64,000 nt of DNA, taken from NCBI GenBank assembly GCA_964202905.1, contig CAXNJO010000003.1, positions 704,001 through 768,000 on the forward strand, in the 5' to 3' direction. Below the pieces are notes generated by a model. That model ran no database searches. It was not told where the DNA came from and saw only the letters and a list, made by a program, of their open reading frames with translations. The position numbers and the translations under genes are program-made. This document shows, piece by piece, positions 43,885 to 53,355 of this stretch. Every line of letters starts with the position of its first letter. Position 1 is the first letter of the stretch. Source of the stretch: Polyangiales bacterium (GTDB lineage Bacteria; Myxococcota_A; Polyangia; Polyangiales; JADJQN01).

Positions 43885-44958
43885 ATGGCGCGTCCTTCCC
43901 GCGACACCCCGATCATCATTCGCAAAAAGAAGGTCGCGGGTCACGGCCACCATGGCGGCGCGTGGAAGGTCGCGTTCGCGGACTTCATGACCGCGATGTT
44001 CGCGCTCTTTCTGGTGCTCTGGCTCGTCAACCAGAGCGCGGACGTCAAGAACGCCATCGCCAACTATTTCCGCGATCCGATCGGCTTCGAGCAGGGCGGC
44101 AACATGCAGCTCGCGATCGGCGGCGCGGACTCCCCGCAGGCCGAGCGACAGATCGTCGATGCCGTCACCGCGCGGCGCCGCGCCCAGCTGAGCGCCGCGG
44201 GCGACCGGATCCGGCGCGCCCTCTCGCAGAGCCCCGCGCTCGCCGCGGTCGCCCGGAACGTCGCCATCGAGATGACGCCCGAGGGGCTCCGCATCTCGAT
44301 GGCCGAGGACGAGGGCGCCACGTTCTTCGAGTCGGGCAGCCCGCGCCTCGAGCCGCACGCCGTCGAGGTGCTCGGCGTCGTCGCACACGAGCTGGGCGAG
44401 TTGGGCAATCCGTTGCTCGTCGAGGGCCACACCGACGCCCGTCCGCTGCACCGCGGCGACGGCTACTCGAACTGGGAGCTCTCGACGGACCGCGCGCATC
44501 AGGCGCGGCGTCTCCTCGCGGAGGCCGGGATCGCGGAGGACCGCATCCAGCAGGTGCGCGGCTTCGCGGATCGCGACCTGCTCGTGCCGGACGACCCGCT
44601 CTCACCGCGGAACCGCCGCATCACGATCACCGCGCTCGACGCGCCGTCGCCGGGCAACGCCAACCTCGATGTCAACGTCCAGCTCGACGACGACGACGGC
44701 GGCGGCGCCGAAGCCGCGGGCGACGCGGGCGTCGCGCCCACGGGCGAGCGGGACGCCGCCACGCTCGCCGAGCCGGCGGCCGACGCCGGCAGCCGCGCAG
44801 CGGCACCCGCGCACGGCGCAGCCCACGACGGACACGCCGCGCCTGTGGACGGCGCCATGGCCCACGACGACCCCGCAGCGCCCGCACGCGGCGCTGCTGC
44901 GCACGACGAACACGCGGGCCAGGGCCCCGCGGGCGCCGGCCATGGAGCCACACGATGA
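43885..44958 (+). CDS. motB: flagellar stator protein MotB with long Ala/His-rich tail
   Basis: HGGAWKVAFADFMTAM, EGHTD, NWELSTDRA, RNRRI. Confidence 0.95.
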   Translation: MARPSRDTPIIIRKKKVAGHGHHGGAWKVAFADFMTAMFALFLVLWLVNQSADVKNAIANYFRDPIGFEQGGNMQLAIGGADSPQAERQIVDAVTARRRAQLSAAGDRIRRALSQSPALAAVARNVAIEMTPEGLRISMAEDEGATFFESGSPRLEPHAVEVLGVVAHELGELGNPLLVEGHTDARPLHRGDGYSNWELSTDRAHQARRLLAEAGIAEDRIQQVRGFADRDLLVPDDPLSPRNRRITITALDAPSPGNANLDVNVQLDDDDGGGAEAAGDAGVAPTGERDAATLAEPAADAGSRAAAPAHGAAHDGHAAPVDGAMAHDDPAAPARGAAAHDEHAGQGPAGAGHGATR

Positions 44959-46136
44959 GTCGCACAGAACCTGTTGTACTCGTGGTCGACGACGATCCGG
45001 ACCAGCTCCGGATGACGTCGACGTTGTTGCGGCTCACGGGCGGTTGCCGCGTCGAGTTGGCCGAAGACGGGCAACGCGCACTCGAGGTCGCGCGCACGCT
45101 CGGCCGCGCGCTCGACGTGGTGCTCTGCGACTACTCGATGCCCATCCTCGATGGTCTCGAGACGTGCCGGATCATGCGGGCGGAGCCCGCCCTCGAAGGC
45201 GTGATCTTCGTGATGCTCACGGCGCACGCGGAGACGCAGCTCAAGATCCGCGCGCTCGACGCGGGCGTCGACGACTTCCTCGCGAAACCGGTCGGGCAGG
45301 CCGAGTTGCTCGCGAAGACGCGCTCCGCCCTGCGCACGAAGGGCCTCTTCGACCGCGTCCGTGAGGAGAAGGCGAGCGCCGAGGCGCAGCAGGTCGCGAC
45401 CTCGCACAGCTTCACGCAACTCGTGGACATCCTCGGCCACCTCGTCGAGCTGCGCACACCCGGCGCCGCCGACCGCGGCGCCCGCCTCTCGCGTGCGGCG
45501 GAGGGGATGGCCGAGCGCCTGCAACTCCCCGTGGAGCAGGCACGCGCGCTCAAGACCGCGGCGCGGCTCTTCGAGGTCGGCAAGCTCATCGAGGTCGAGG
45601 CCACGGGCGGCGAGCGCGGCGCCATGCTGAGCGTGCAGCGGCGCGGTACGCTCGCGGCCGCGGTGCTCGAGCGCGTCGTCGCGCTCCGCCCGGCCGCGGA
45701 GGTACTCACCTCGGTCGGCGAGACCTGGGACGGGACGGGCGGCCCGGAGCGCCTGCGGCAGAGCGTCATCCCGCTGCCGAGCCGCATCCTGAGGCCGCTC
45801 GTCGATTTCTTCTCCGAGCAGGACCGCACGAACGTCGCCAAGGCCATGGACGTCGTCTCGACGCGCGCCGGAACGACGTACGACCCACTCGTCGTCGGGC
45901 ACCTCCTGCAGCTCGCGCGCGCGCCCGAGGCCCGCGCGTGGCGCGCCCACGGCGATCGCGTCCCCGTTCATGCGCTCATCGAGGGCATGACGCTCGAAGA
46001 GGATCTGCTCACCGCGTCCGGCCTCAAACTCGCGGCTTCAGGCACGCTTTTGACGCGCAGCGTCATCGACATCATCCGTCGCCGCCACGAGAACGAGCCG
46101 TTCCTGCACGGCGCGCTCGTGAGGCGCAACGTCTGA
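44955..46136 (+). CDS. response regulator with degenerate HD-GYP-like domain
   Basis: REC (VVDDD, CDYSMP, LAKP); AARLFEVGK and ETWDGTGGP at the HD and GYP positions. Confidence 0.8.
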   Translation: MSRTEPVVLVVDDDPDQLRMTSTLLRLTGGCRVELAEDGQRALEVARTLGRALDVVLCDYSMPILDGLETCRIMRAEPALEGVIFVMLTAHAETQLKIRALDAGVDDFLAKPVGQAELLAKTRSALRTKGLFDRVREEKASAEAQQVATSHSFTQLVDILGHLVELRTPGAADRGARLSRAAEGMAERLQLPVEQARALKTAARLFEVGKLIEVEATGGERGAMLSVQRRGTLAAAVLERVVALRPAAEVLTSVGETWDGTGGPERLRQSVIPLPSRILRPLVDFFSEQDRTNVAKAMDVVSTRAGTTYDPLVVGHLLQLARAPEARAWRAHGDRVPVHALIEGMTLEEDLLTASGLKLAASGTLLTRSVIDIIRRRHENEPFLHGALVRRNV

Positions 46137-46215
46137 CGCCGCGCCCGTGAAGCGCGGAGTCTGACGGCGCGGGCGGACCGCGCGCGATCCAGCGATCTTC
46201 GTGGGCCCCGCGCGC

Positions 46216-47040
46216 TCAGCCCTTCGTCATGAGCCCCGCGCGCTCAAACTCTTTCACGCCGCGGGCCAGCCACTCCGCGGCGAGGCCCCCGTCGATGCCG
46301 ATCGCCGCGAGCGCCGCCTCGGGCGAGCGCGCATCCGGGGTCCCGTCTGCGGCGTGGACCAGGATGTCCGCGGCCGCGACGATCGAGGGGAGTTTGCGGT
46401 CGCCAGGCTCGTGGTGATGCAGGCATACCTCGGCGATCTCGTCCGGGAGCTGCCACTTCACGACCAGCGCGTGCCCCGCCGCCGCGTGCAGCGCATCGAC
46501 GACGGCGAGCGCCTCGGCGTCGTCGCCGCCCGACGTCGGGAGCCGCTTCGCGACGAGGCTCCAGCAGCGCGCGCGCCCGAGGTCGTGGAGCAGCCCCGCG
46601 AGGAAGGCGTCATCGGGGTCGGCCGGCGCGACACGCGCGAGGGCGCGGGCGAGCGCAGCCGTCGCGACGCTGTGCACGAAGTCGGCGGCGACCGCCTTCG
46701 CGAAACGCGGCACGTCGACGATCATCGAGGCGTACGCCGTCTGATAGAGCACCTCGCGCAGCGCCGCGCCGCCGATGTGCGCGATCGCGCGGCGGGGTGA
46801 CACATGCCGAGCACCGCGCGCGTAAAGCGCCGAGTTCGCCACCGCGAGCACGCGCGCCGCGAGCGGCGGATCGTTCTCCGCAAGCGTCGCCGCGGCGTCC
46901 ACGTCGAAGTCGGCCACGCTCGCGAGGCGCAGCGCCTCGGCCGCCCCCTTCGCGAGCTGCGGCAGATCGCTCGTGCCCCGCTGCAGATCGCGCTCGACCA
47001 GTTCCAGGAGCCCCGCGCCCGCGTTCTCGCTGACGGTCAT
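46216..47040 (-). CDS. HDOD-domain protein
   Basis: DPPLAARVLAVANSALY, AGLLHDLG, WQLP. Confidence 0.88.
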   Translation of the reverse strand: MTVSENAGAGLLELVERDLQRGTSDLPQLAKGAAEALRLASVADFDVDAAATLAENDPPLAARVLAVANSALYARGARHVSPRRAIAHIGGAALREVLYQTAYASMIVDVPRFAKAVAADFVHSVATAALARALARVAPADPDDAFLAGLLHDLGRARCWSLVAKRLPTSGGDDAEALAVVDALHAAAGHALVVKWQLPDEIAEVCLHHHEPGDRKLPSIVAAADILVHAADGTPDARSPEAALAAIGIDGGLAAEWLARGVKEFERAGLMTKG

Positions 47041-48053
47041 TCTTCGCCTCCCTCTGCCGCGTTGGTCGAGGCGGCAGGATACCGACTCCCTCGCGCGAGC
47101 ACGACACGGTCGCGGCCGCCGCGCTTCGCGTCGTAGAGCGCGCTGTCCGCGGCCTCGAGGAGCACCGCGCGCGTCAGGCGCGCCCCGGGCGGCCCGTCGC
47201 AGAACGACACGCCCACGCTCGCCGTCACGCGGGAGACGCCCGCCTCGGGCGGCAGCGTCAAGTCGCGGATCGCGCTCCAATAACGCTCGCCGATCGCGAC
47301 CGCCGCCTCCGGCCGCGCGCCGCGCGCGATCACGACGAACTCTTCGCCGCCGTAGCGCGCCGCGATGTCGCCGCTGCGGGCGCGCGCGCCGAGCCGCGCG
47401 GCGACTTGCTTCAACACGCTGTCGCCCGCGGCGTGGCCGTGCGTGTCGTTGACCGACTTGAAGAAGTCGAGGTCGAGCATCACGACGACGACCGGCTCGC
47501 CGCTCTGCAGCGAGGAGTCGAGCGCCTCGTCCGCCGCGCGGCGGTTCGCGAGCCCGGTGAGCGGATCGCGGAGCGCTGCGGCGAGCAGCGACGCGCCGCG
47601 GCTGCGCACCCAGGCGAGCAGCTCGCGCTCGCGGCGGTTGCGCAGCTGCACGTGGACGCGCGCGCGGAGCTCGGCGATCCGCGAGGGCGTGACGATGTAG
47701 TCGTCGGCGCCGCACATCAGCCCGCTCACGACGCTCTCCTCATCGCCGACGCCGCACGTCACGAGGATGATCGGCGTCAACATCATCTCGTCCATCATCC
47801 GCAGATCGGCGCAGATCGCGAGCCCCGACGCGCCGGGGAGCAGCACGTCGAGCAGCACGAGATCGGGCGGGCGCGCCTTCACGAGCTCGAAGAGCCCCTC
47901 GCCGTCCGGCAGCAGATCGACCTCGTACCCCTCGGACTCGAGCACGCGCGCGAAGAGATACCGACGCGCTTCGTCGTCGTCGACGACGAGCACCCGGCGC
48001 GGCCGATCGGGCGGGGGTGGGAGACTCAGCGCGGTCGGGGGGATGGTGGCCAC
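47037..48053 (-). CDS. REC-GGDEF diguanylate cyclase
   Basis: VVDDD, LLDVLLP; DPLTG, I-site RSGD, GGEEF. Confidence 0.88.
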   Translation of the reverse strand: MATIPPTALSLPPPPDRPRRVLVVDDDEARRYLFARVLESEGYEVDLLPDGEGLFELVKARPPDLVLLDVLLPGASGLAICADLRMMDEMMLTPIILVTCGVGDEESVVSGLMCGADDYIVTPSRIAELRARVHVQLRNRRERELLAWVRSRGASLLAAALRDPLTGLANRRAADEALDSSLQSGEPVVVVMLDLDFFKSVNDTHGHAAGDSVLKQVAARLGARARSGDIAARYGGEEFVVIARGARPEAAVAIGERYWSAIRDLTLPPEAGVSRVTASVGVSFCDGPPGARLTRAVLLEAADSALYDAKRGGRDRVVLARGSRYPAASTNAAEGGEE

Positions 48054-48288
48054 GAGACCTCCGCGGGGGGCTGGGGGATGCGCGAGCCCGGGGCCCGCTG
48101 CGCGGCCGGGGAGGTAGCACGCCCGTGGGCATGGACGATGGGACTTCGGGTTCGCATCCGGAGTCGTTGGGGGCTGGGAGGAGAATCGACGGGTCGACCG
48201 AGTTTCTTGAGCGGTTCCCCTCCTCGCCGCCGGCAGTGTGCCGGGACCGACCCGCGAACGCGACGGGAAAGAAGGTTCGATTTTCTGC

Positions 48289-48316
48289 TCAAGGCCGGAT
48301 CGCCCCCGACCGAAGA
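48289..48316 (+). promoter_or_regulatory. sigma28-type promoter of fliC
   Basis: TCAAG-N15-ACCGAAGA. Confidence 0.65.
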
Positions 48317-48366
48317 GATGTCTGCGGCGGAGATGTCGCCCGGACGTCAAGACGACGACCGGTTAC

Positions 48367-48378
48367 CTCAAGGAAGAG
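48367..48378 (+). promoter_or_regulatory. putative CsrA-binding hairpin over the fliC ribosome-binding site
   Basis: CTC-AAGGAA-GAG, with ANGGA in a hexaloop 8 nt upstream of the ATG. Confidence 0.45.
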
Positions 48379-48386
48379 AGAACACC

Positions 48387-49226
48387 ATGGCCATCAGCAT
48401 CAAGACGAACGTCGAGTCCCTCGGCGCACAGCGCAACCTGAACCAGACGCAGAAGGCCCTCGCGGCGAACTTCGGGCGTCTGTCGAGCGGCTTGCGTATC
48501 AACACGGCAGCGGACGACGCCGCCGGCCTCGCGATCAGCGAGCGACTGAAGTCGCAGATCCGCTCGATGACGCAGGCCGAGCGCAACGCGAACGACGGCA
48601 TCAGCCTCCTGCAGACCGCCGAAGGCGCGATGAACGAGAACAGCGGCCTGCTCATCCGCATGCGTGAGCTTGCGATGCAGTCCTCGACGGACACCGTCGG
48701 CACGGCGGAGAAGGCCCTGCTCCAGACGGAGTTCAACGAGCTGACGGAGGAGATCGGCCGCATCGCGTCGGTCACGCAGTTCAACGGCGTGACCCTCCTC
48801 GACGGCACGACCACCGCCTTCAATTTCCAGGTCGGCATCGGCACCACGGCGTCGGACACCATCACCGCCGACATGGAGTCGCTCACCAGCACGTCCTACG
48901 GCGCGAGCGGCAGCGACCTCACCACGCTCGACATCTCGACGACCACGGGCGCGCAGGCGGCGCTCACCATGCTCGACACCGCGATCTCCGACACCTCGCA
49001 GTCCCGCTCGACCCTCGGGTCGGTGCAGAACCGCCTCCAGGTGACGACCGCGAACCTCATGAGCACGCGCGAGAACCTCAGCGCCGCGAACTCGCGTATC
49101 CGCGACGTCGACGTGGCGGAGGAGAGCTCCGCGATGACCCGCAACAACATCCTGATGCAGGCCGGCGTCTCGGTGCTGTCGCAGGCGAACCAGGCTCCGC
49201 AGACGGCTCTCTCGCTGCTCCGCTGA
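48387..49226 (+). CDS. fliC: flagellin (279 aa)
   Basis: RLSSGLRINTAADDAAGLAIS, ANDGISLLQTAEGA, SRIRDVDVAEE, QAG.SVL.QAN. Confidence 0.97.
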   Translation: MAISIKTNVESLGAQRNLNQTQKALAANFGRLSSGLRINTAADDAAGLAISERLKSQIRSMTQAERNANDGISLLQTAEGAMNENSGLLIRMRELAMQSSTDTVGTAEKALLQTEFNELTEEIGRIASVTQFNGVTLLDGTTTAFNFQVGIGTTASDTITADMESLTSTSYGASGSDLTTLDISTTTGAQAALTMLDTAISDTSQSRSTLGSVQNRLQVTTANLMSTRENLSAANSRIRDVDVAEESSAMTRNNILMQAGVSVLSQANQAPQTALSLLR

Positions 49227-49353
49227 TCCCGCGTCGCAGGGAGGCCGGGCGCGCTCACTCGGTGCATCGGCACCGGGCTGAGGCGTCGGGCCTCCCCTCG
49301 GCCCGTTCTGCGTCCCGCGCGTCTTCCCCGGCCTCTGCGAAGGGAGTTCCACC

Positions 49354-50697
49354 GTGCCTGTTGCCTCATTCAGCGGACTCGCCTCGGGCATCGACTCGAC
49401 CGCCCTCATCAGCGGCCTCGTGGGGATCGCGCGCCAGCCGATCACGCGGCTCCAGAAGGAGCAGTCGACCCTCAGCCAGCAGGCCGCGCGCGTCGACGAT
49501 CTGCGCTCGAAACTCTCCACGTTTCGCACCGCCGCGCAGGCCCTGAACTCCACGCAGGAGGTGCTCGCGACGAAGGCGAGCTCCGCGGACGCCACGATCG
49601 TCAAGGTCACCGCCGGCGCGGACGCCACGACGAGCGCGTACGACATCCACGTCACCTCGCTCGCGACCTCCACGCGCGCCTACGCGAATCCCGTCGCGGC
49701 GAAGGACCAGACCGGCCTCTTCGGCACGGGCACGCTCTCCCTCACGATCGGCACGACCACGACCGACATCACGGTCGACGCGAGCGACACGCTCGCCTCG
49801 GTCGCCGGCAAGATCAACGACGCCGACATCGGCGCGGTCGCCGGCCTCTTCTTCGACGGCACGAACTGGCGGCTCTCCGTGAACGGCACGGCCACCGGCG
49901 CGGCCAACGCCGTGGGCTTCGCCGAGGCGGGCGGCCTCACGCTGGGTCTCTCCGGTCCGGCGAACCTCGTGCAGCCCGCGCTCGACGCGGTCTTCGAGGT
50001 CGATGGCTTCGGGGTGACGAGCGCGTCGAACACGGTGAGCACCGCGATCGAGGGCGTGACCCTCGAGCTCGTGAATGCGTCGCCCACGACCGCCTCGACC
50101 GGCGTGAAGATCGACCGCGACCCCGCTGCGCTCGAGACGAAGGTCAACGACTTCGCCAAAGCCTACAACGACGTGATGGCCGCGATCGACGCGGAGACGC
50201 CGAGGAACGGCGTCCCGCGCGCGGGCGCGCTCAGCGGCGACGCGACGCTGCGCAGCATCCAGGCGCGCCTCCGAAACGTCGTCGGGCAGGACGTCGCCGG
50301 GCTCACCGGCAACTACAAGACGCTCGCGTCGGTGGGTATCTCGCTCGGCCGCACCGGCACGATGTCCGTCAACGCCACGAAGCTCACTGCGGCCGCGGCC
50401 GCCGACCCGATGGGCGTCGCCTCGCTCTTCGCGGCCGAGGGCACCTCGACCGGCCTGATGCGGACGATCGACACGACGCTCGAGGGCTACGTCAAGACCA
50501 GCACGGGCGTTCTCTCGACCAAATCGAAGGGCCTCCGCGACCGGGCGAACACCCTCAACGACCGCATCGACGGGATGGAGCGCCGCGTCTCGAAGTACGA
50601 GGACACCCTGAAGCGGCAGTTCGTCTCGCTCGAGCAGCTCGTCTCCGGGCTCAACGCGCAGAGCAACCAGCTCGCCAGCATCACCCGGAATCTCTGA
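49354..50697 (+). CDS. fliD: flagellar filament cap
   Basis: SGLASGIDS, SNTV...IEGVTL.L, LKRQF..LEQ; follows fliC. Confidence 0.93.
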   Translation: MPVASFSGLASGIDSTALISGLVGIARQPITRLQKEQSTLSQQAARVDDLRSKLSTFRTAAQALNSTQEVLATKASSADATIVKVTAGADATTSAYDIHVTSLATSTRAYANPVAAKDQTGLFGTGTLSLTIGTTTTDITVDASDTLASVAGKINDADIGAVAGLFFDGTNWRLSVNGTATGAANAVGFAEAGGLTLGLSGPANLVQPALDAVFEVDGFGVTSASNTVSTAIEGVTLELVNASPTTASTGVKIDRDPAALETKVNDFAKAYNDVMAAIDAETPRNGVPRAGALSGDATLRSIQARLRNVVGQDVAGLTGNYKTLASVGISLGRTGTMSVNATKLTAAAAADPMGVASLFAAEGTSTGLMRTIDTTLEGYVKTSTGVLSTKSKGLRDRANTLNDRIDGMERRVSKYEDTLKRQFVSLEQLVSGLNAQSNQLASITRNL

Positions 50698-50766
50698 TCC
50701 GCATGCCGAACCCCCTTCCCATCCCGCCCCCCAACCACCCACAATCGACACCCACGAGGTGAGGCG

Positions 50767-51141
50767 ATGTCGTTCGCAGTCGCTCAATATCAAGCCAGTC
50801 GCATCGAGACATCCTCACCGGTGCAGATCGTCGTCACCCTCTACGACGGGGCGCTCCGCTTCCTGCGCACGGGCATCAACGCCCTTCAGGTGGGCGACAT
50901 CGCGGGCAAGGGCATCGCCCTGACCAAAGCCCACGCGATCATCACCGAGCTCCTCGTGACGCTGAACCACGAGGCCGCCCCGGAGATCTCCGGGCAGCTC
51001 GAGGCGATCTACTCCTTCGTCCTCGACCGCATCCTCCGCGCGAACGCGGAGTGCGACGAGAAGCTGATCGACGAGGCCATCCGCGCGCTGCTCCCGCTGC
51101 GCGACGCCTGGGCGCAGCTCGCGCGCACGGGCCACCCATGA
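50767..51141 (+). CDS. fliS: flagellin export chaperone
   Basis: SSP.Q....LYDGA, II.EL...L, LRDAW. Confidence 0.93.
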   Translation: MSFAVAQYQASRIETSSPVQIVVTLYDGALRFLRTGINALQVGDIAGKGIALTKAHAIITELLVTLNHEAAPEISGQLEAIYSFVLDRILRANAECDEKLIDEAIRALLPLRDAWAQLARTGHP

Positions 51142-51500
51142 CCCAAGGCGGCGCCGCCGACGCGCAGTTCCTCGCGCTCGTGACCGAGCTCGAAGCGCTG
51201 ACGTTCGATCCGGCGGGCGCCGACCTCGAGCCCCTCGTCGAAGACTTGACGCGGCGTCAACGGATCCTCGACGCCCTCGCGGAGACCGACACCACGCAGC
51301 TCGCCGCCGAGACCCGGCGCACGGCGCGCGCGCGGATGGAGGCCGTGCAGCGCCGGGATGCCGCGGCCCTCGCCGCCCTCGCGTCGCGACGCGCGGAAAT
51401 CCTCGAATCCCTTGAGGATTCGGGCCGTGCTCGGGAGGCCGCGCGGGGCTATCGCGCGGCCGCCGCGGACGAGCGCACGCCGAGCCGCGGAGCCCTCTAG
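51138..51500 (+). CDS. helical protein, FliT-like by position
   Basis: ATGA-coupled to fliS, about 120 aa, helical, C-terminal GY. Confidence 0.55.
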   Translation: MTQGGAADAQFLALVTELEALTFDPAGADLEPLVEDLTRRQRILDALAETDTTQLAAETRRTARARMEAVQRRDAAALAALASRRAEILESLEDSGRAREAARGYRAAAADERTPSRGAL

Positions 51501-51517
51501 CGGCGCAGATTTCGGGC

Positions 51518-51533
51518 AGGCACGGCAGTTGCT
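51518..51533 (+). promoter_or_regulatory. sigma54-type promoter
   Basis: AGGCACGGCAGTTGCT with GG-N10-GC spacing. Confidence 0.6.
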
Positions 51534-51545
51534 TTGATGCCCTGC

Positions 51546-52286
51546 ATGCCCACGATGCTCCGCCACTTTCCGACGCATCCCTTCTACGACACCGACACGT
51601 TCGCGGCCTCCGAGCGGGACCCGCACTTCCGCATCACGCGCGCCCTCGAGCGCTCGCGGACGGAGCTGGAGACGGTCCTCATCGAGGTGAAGCGGACGAC
51701 CTCCGCGACCCGACGCCTCGAGCTCGTCGACCGCGCGCTGCGCCTGCACTTCCTCGGCTCGCGGCTCGGGCGCCGCCTCTCGCTCCTCGGCGACGGCGGG
51801 CTGCTGACGCTCTCGGCGATCCGCGAGGCCGACGTCGCGAGCGTCATCCGCGAGTGCGCGTTCGAGATCGCGCCGGAGTGCCGCCGGCGCCACATCGTCC
51901 TCGAGCTGCGCCTCGACCCGAGGCTGCCCTCGACGTGGATCGACACCGAGCAGTTCGCCGAGGCGATGCGCTGCATCCTCGACGACGCGATGGCCGCGTT
52001 GCCCGAGCAGGGCACGCTCTTCGTCGAGGCGCGCAGCGACGGCTACGGAATCGCCCTGATGGTGCACGACGACCGCCCGCGCGACGGGGGCCTCAGTCTC
52101 GACGCCGGCGAGCTCTACGTCGCGGCGCGGTTCGCGGACGCGCTCGACGGCGACCTCGAGCGGCGCGTCATCGGTTCCGGCGCGTCGGCGCTCACCGAGA
52201 CGATCCTCCGCATCCCCGAGGTGCGCGCGGTCGGGCTCACGGCCGAGACCGCGCCGCCGTCCGCCGGCTCGTCGAAGGCGGCATGA
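51546..52286 (+). CDS. degenerate HATPase_c-like (histidine kinase-like) protein
   Basis: D..Q...A...ILDDA..A, GTL.V, L.VHD; canonical H, N and G boxes missing. Confidence 0.55.
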   Translation: MPTMLRHFPTHPFYDTDTFAASERDPHFRITRALERSRTELETVLIEVKRTTSATRRLELVDRALRLHFLGSRLGRRLSLLGDGGLLTLSAIREADVASVIRECAFEIAPECRRRHIVLELRLDPRLPSTWIDTEQFAEAMRCILDDAMAALPEQGTLFVEARSDGYGIALMVHDDRPRDGGLSLDAGELYVAARFADALDGDLERRVIGSGASALTETILRIPEVRAVGLTAETAPPSAGSSKAA

Positions 52287-52804
52287 GCCGCGCGCTCCCG
52301 CCGCTCGCGCTCGCAGCCTTCCTCGCGACGTTCGCGCTCCCCGCCGGCGTCGATGCGCAGACGCGCTCGTACGCCGCGTCGCTCACGGGCGGCAGCGGGC
52401 TCTCCATCGGCAACGGCGCGCAGACCGCCGTCCTCGCGCGGACGCCCGTCTTCGTCGACGTCGCGCTGCGCACGACGCGCAGCGACGAGCCCACCTTCGC
52501 GTGGGGTGGCGCGTTGCGCGTCGAGGTCGACGGCCGCGTGGGCATCGGCGGCGTCGCGCGCGCCGAGCTGGTGCACCCCCTCGGGCCGGTCGCGCTGCGC
52601 GCCGGGATCGGCGTGCCGTTCTTCTTCGCGCCGTACGTCTTGCTCGGCGTCGAGGGCTCGCTCACGCTGCGGTGGCCCGCGACAGCCCCCATCGCCGCGA
52701 CCGCGTCGATCCTGCTCGATGCCTTCTTCGCCGGCAGCGACCTCCCGCGCAACAGCGCGCTCTTCATGGCCAACGGAGCCCTCGGTGTCGACTTCCTCTT
52801 CTAG
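52283..52804 (+). CDS. secreted or outer-membrane beta-strand protein, hypothetical
   Basis: signal peptide, amphipathic strands, C-terminal F. Confidence 0.6.
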   Translation: MSRALPPLALAAFLATFALPAGVDAQTRSYAASLTGGSGLSIGNGAQTAVLARTPVFVDVALRTTRSDEPTFAWGGALRVEVDGRVGIGGVARAELVHPLGPVALRAGIGVPFFFAPYVLLGVEGSLTLRWPATAPIAATASILLDAFFAGSDLPRNSALFMANGALGVDFLF

Positions 52805-52805
52805 C

Positions 52806-53171
52806 GTGCCTGTCGACCCGCGGGTCACGGTGGGCTTCGCGTGTGCCCCACGCTCGCCACACCGCCGCCCGCTGCGTCGTGCGTTCAGCGCCGCCGCGTG
52901 GCTCGTCGCGGCCGCCGTGTGCGCCATGCTCGGTGCGTGCACCCCCGACGCGTGCCTCCGCGAGAGCGACTGCGCCGCCGGCTTCACGTGCACGGCCGGC
53001 GCCTGCACCGAGGACCCGGTCGACGCCGGCCGCGCCGATGCCGGCACGCTCGACGCAGGCCCCCGCGACGCCTCGGCCGCCGACGCCGGCCCGCGCGACG
53101 CCGGCCCCACGGACGGCGCGACGACCGAGGTCGACGCAGGCACGGACGCCGGCAGCGACGCAGGCGCCTGA
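52806..53171 (+). CDS. small Cys-rich lipoprotein with Asp-Ala-Gly tail (start uncertain)
   Basis: LGAC lipobox, C...SDC..GFTC..G.C motif, DAG repeats. Confidence 0.6.
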   Translation: MPVDPRVTVGFACAPRSPHRRPLRRAFSAAAWLVAAAVCAMLGACTPDACLRESDCAAGFTCTAGACTEDPVDAGRADAGTLDAGPRDASAADAGPRDAGPTDGATTEVDAGTDAGSDAGA

Positions 53172-53257
53172 CCCCCCGCCGCGCTCAGCCCCGCGGTGGC
53201 GCGCGCCAACCGCCGCGCAGCCCGGGCAGCACGGCCAGGCGCCCGCGACGTTCGGTT

Positions 53258-53328
53258 TCGCGGAACGTCGCAACGAGGTTGCGACATCGCGGAACGTCGC
53301 AACGGGGTTGCGACATCACGGGGTTGCG
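53258..53328. repeat. two 29-bp tandem palindromic units plus a partial third
   Basis: TCGCGGAAC-GTCGCAAC-G(A/G)G-GTTGCGAC-A at 53258 and 53287. Confidence 0.85.
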
Positions 53329-53355
53329 GTGTCGTCGCGCGTGGCGACGAGGGCG

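Noticed and set aside
47406..48386. N-terminally extended 606-aa flagellin
   Set aside because: The extension is antisense to the REC-GGDEF gene; the promoter, SD and homology all point to ATG 48387.
53258..53328. possible mini-CRISPR (29-bp palindromic repeats)
   Set aside because: The repeats are directly adjacent with no spacer.
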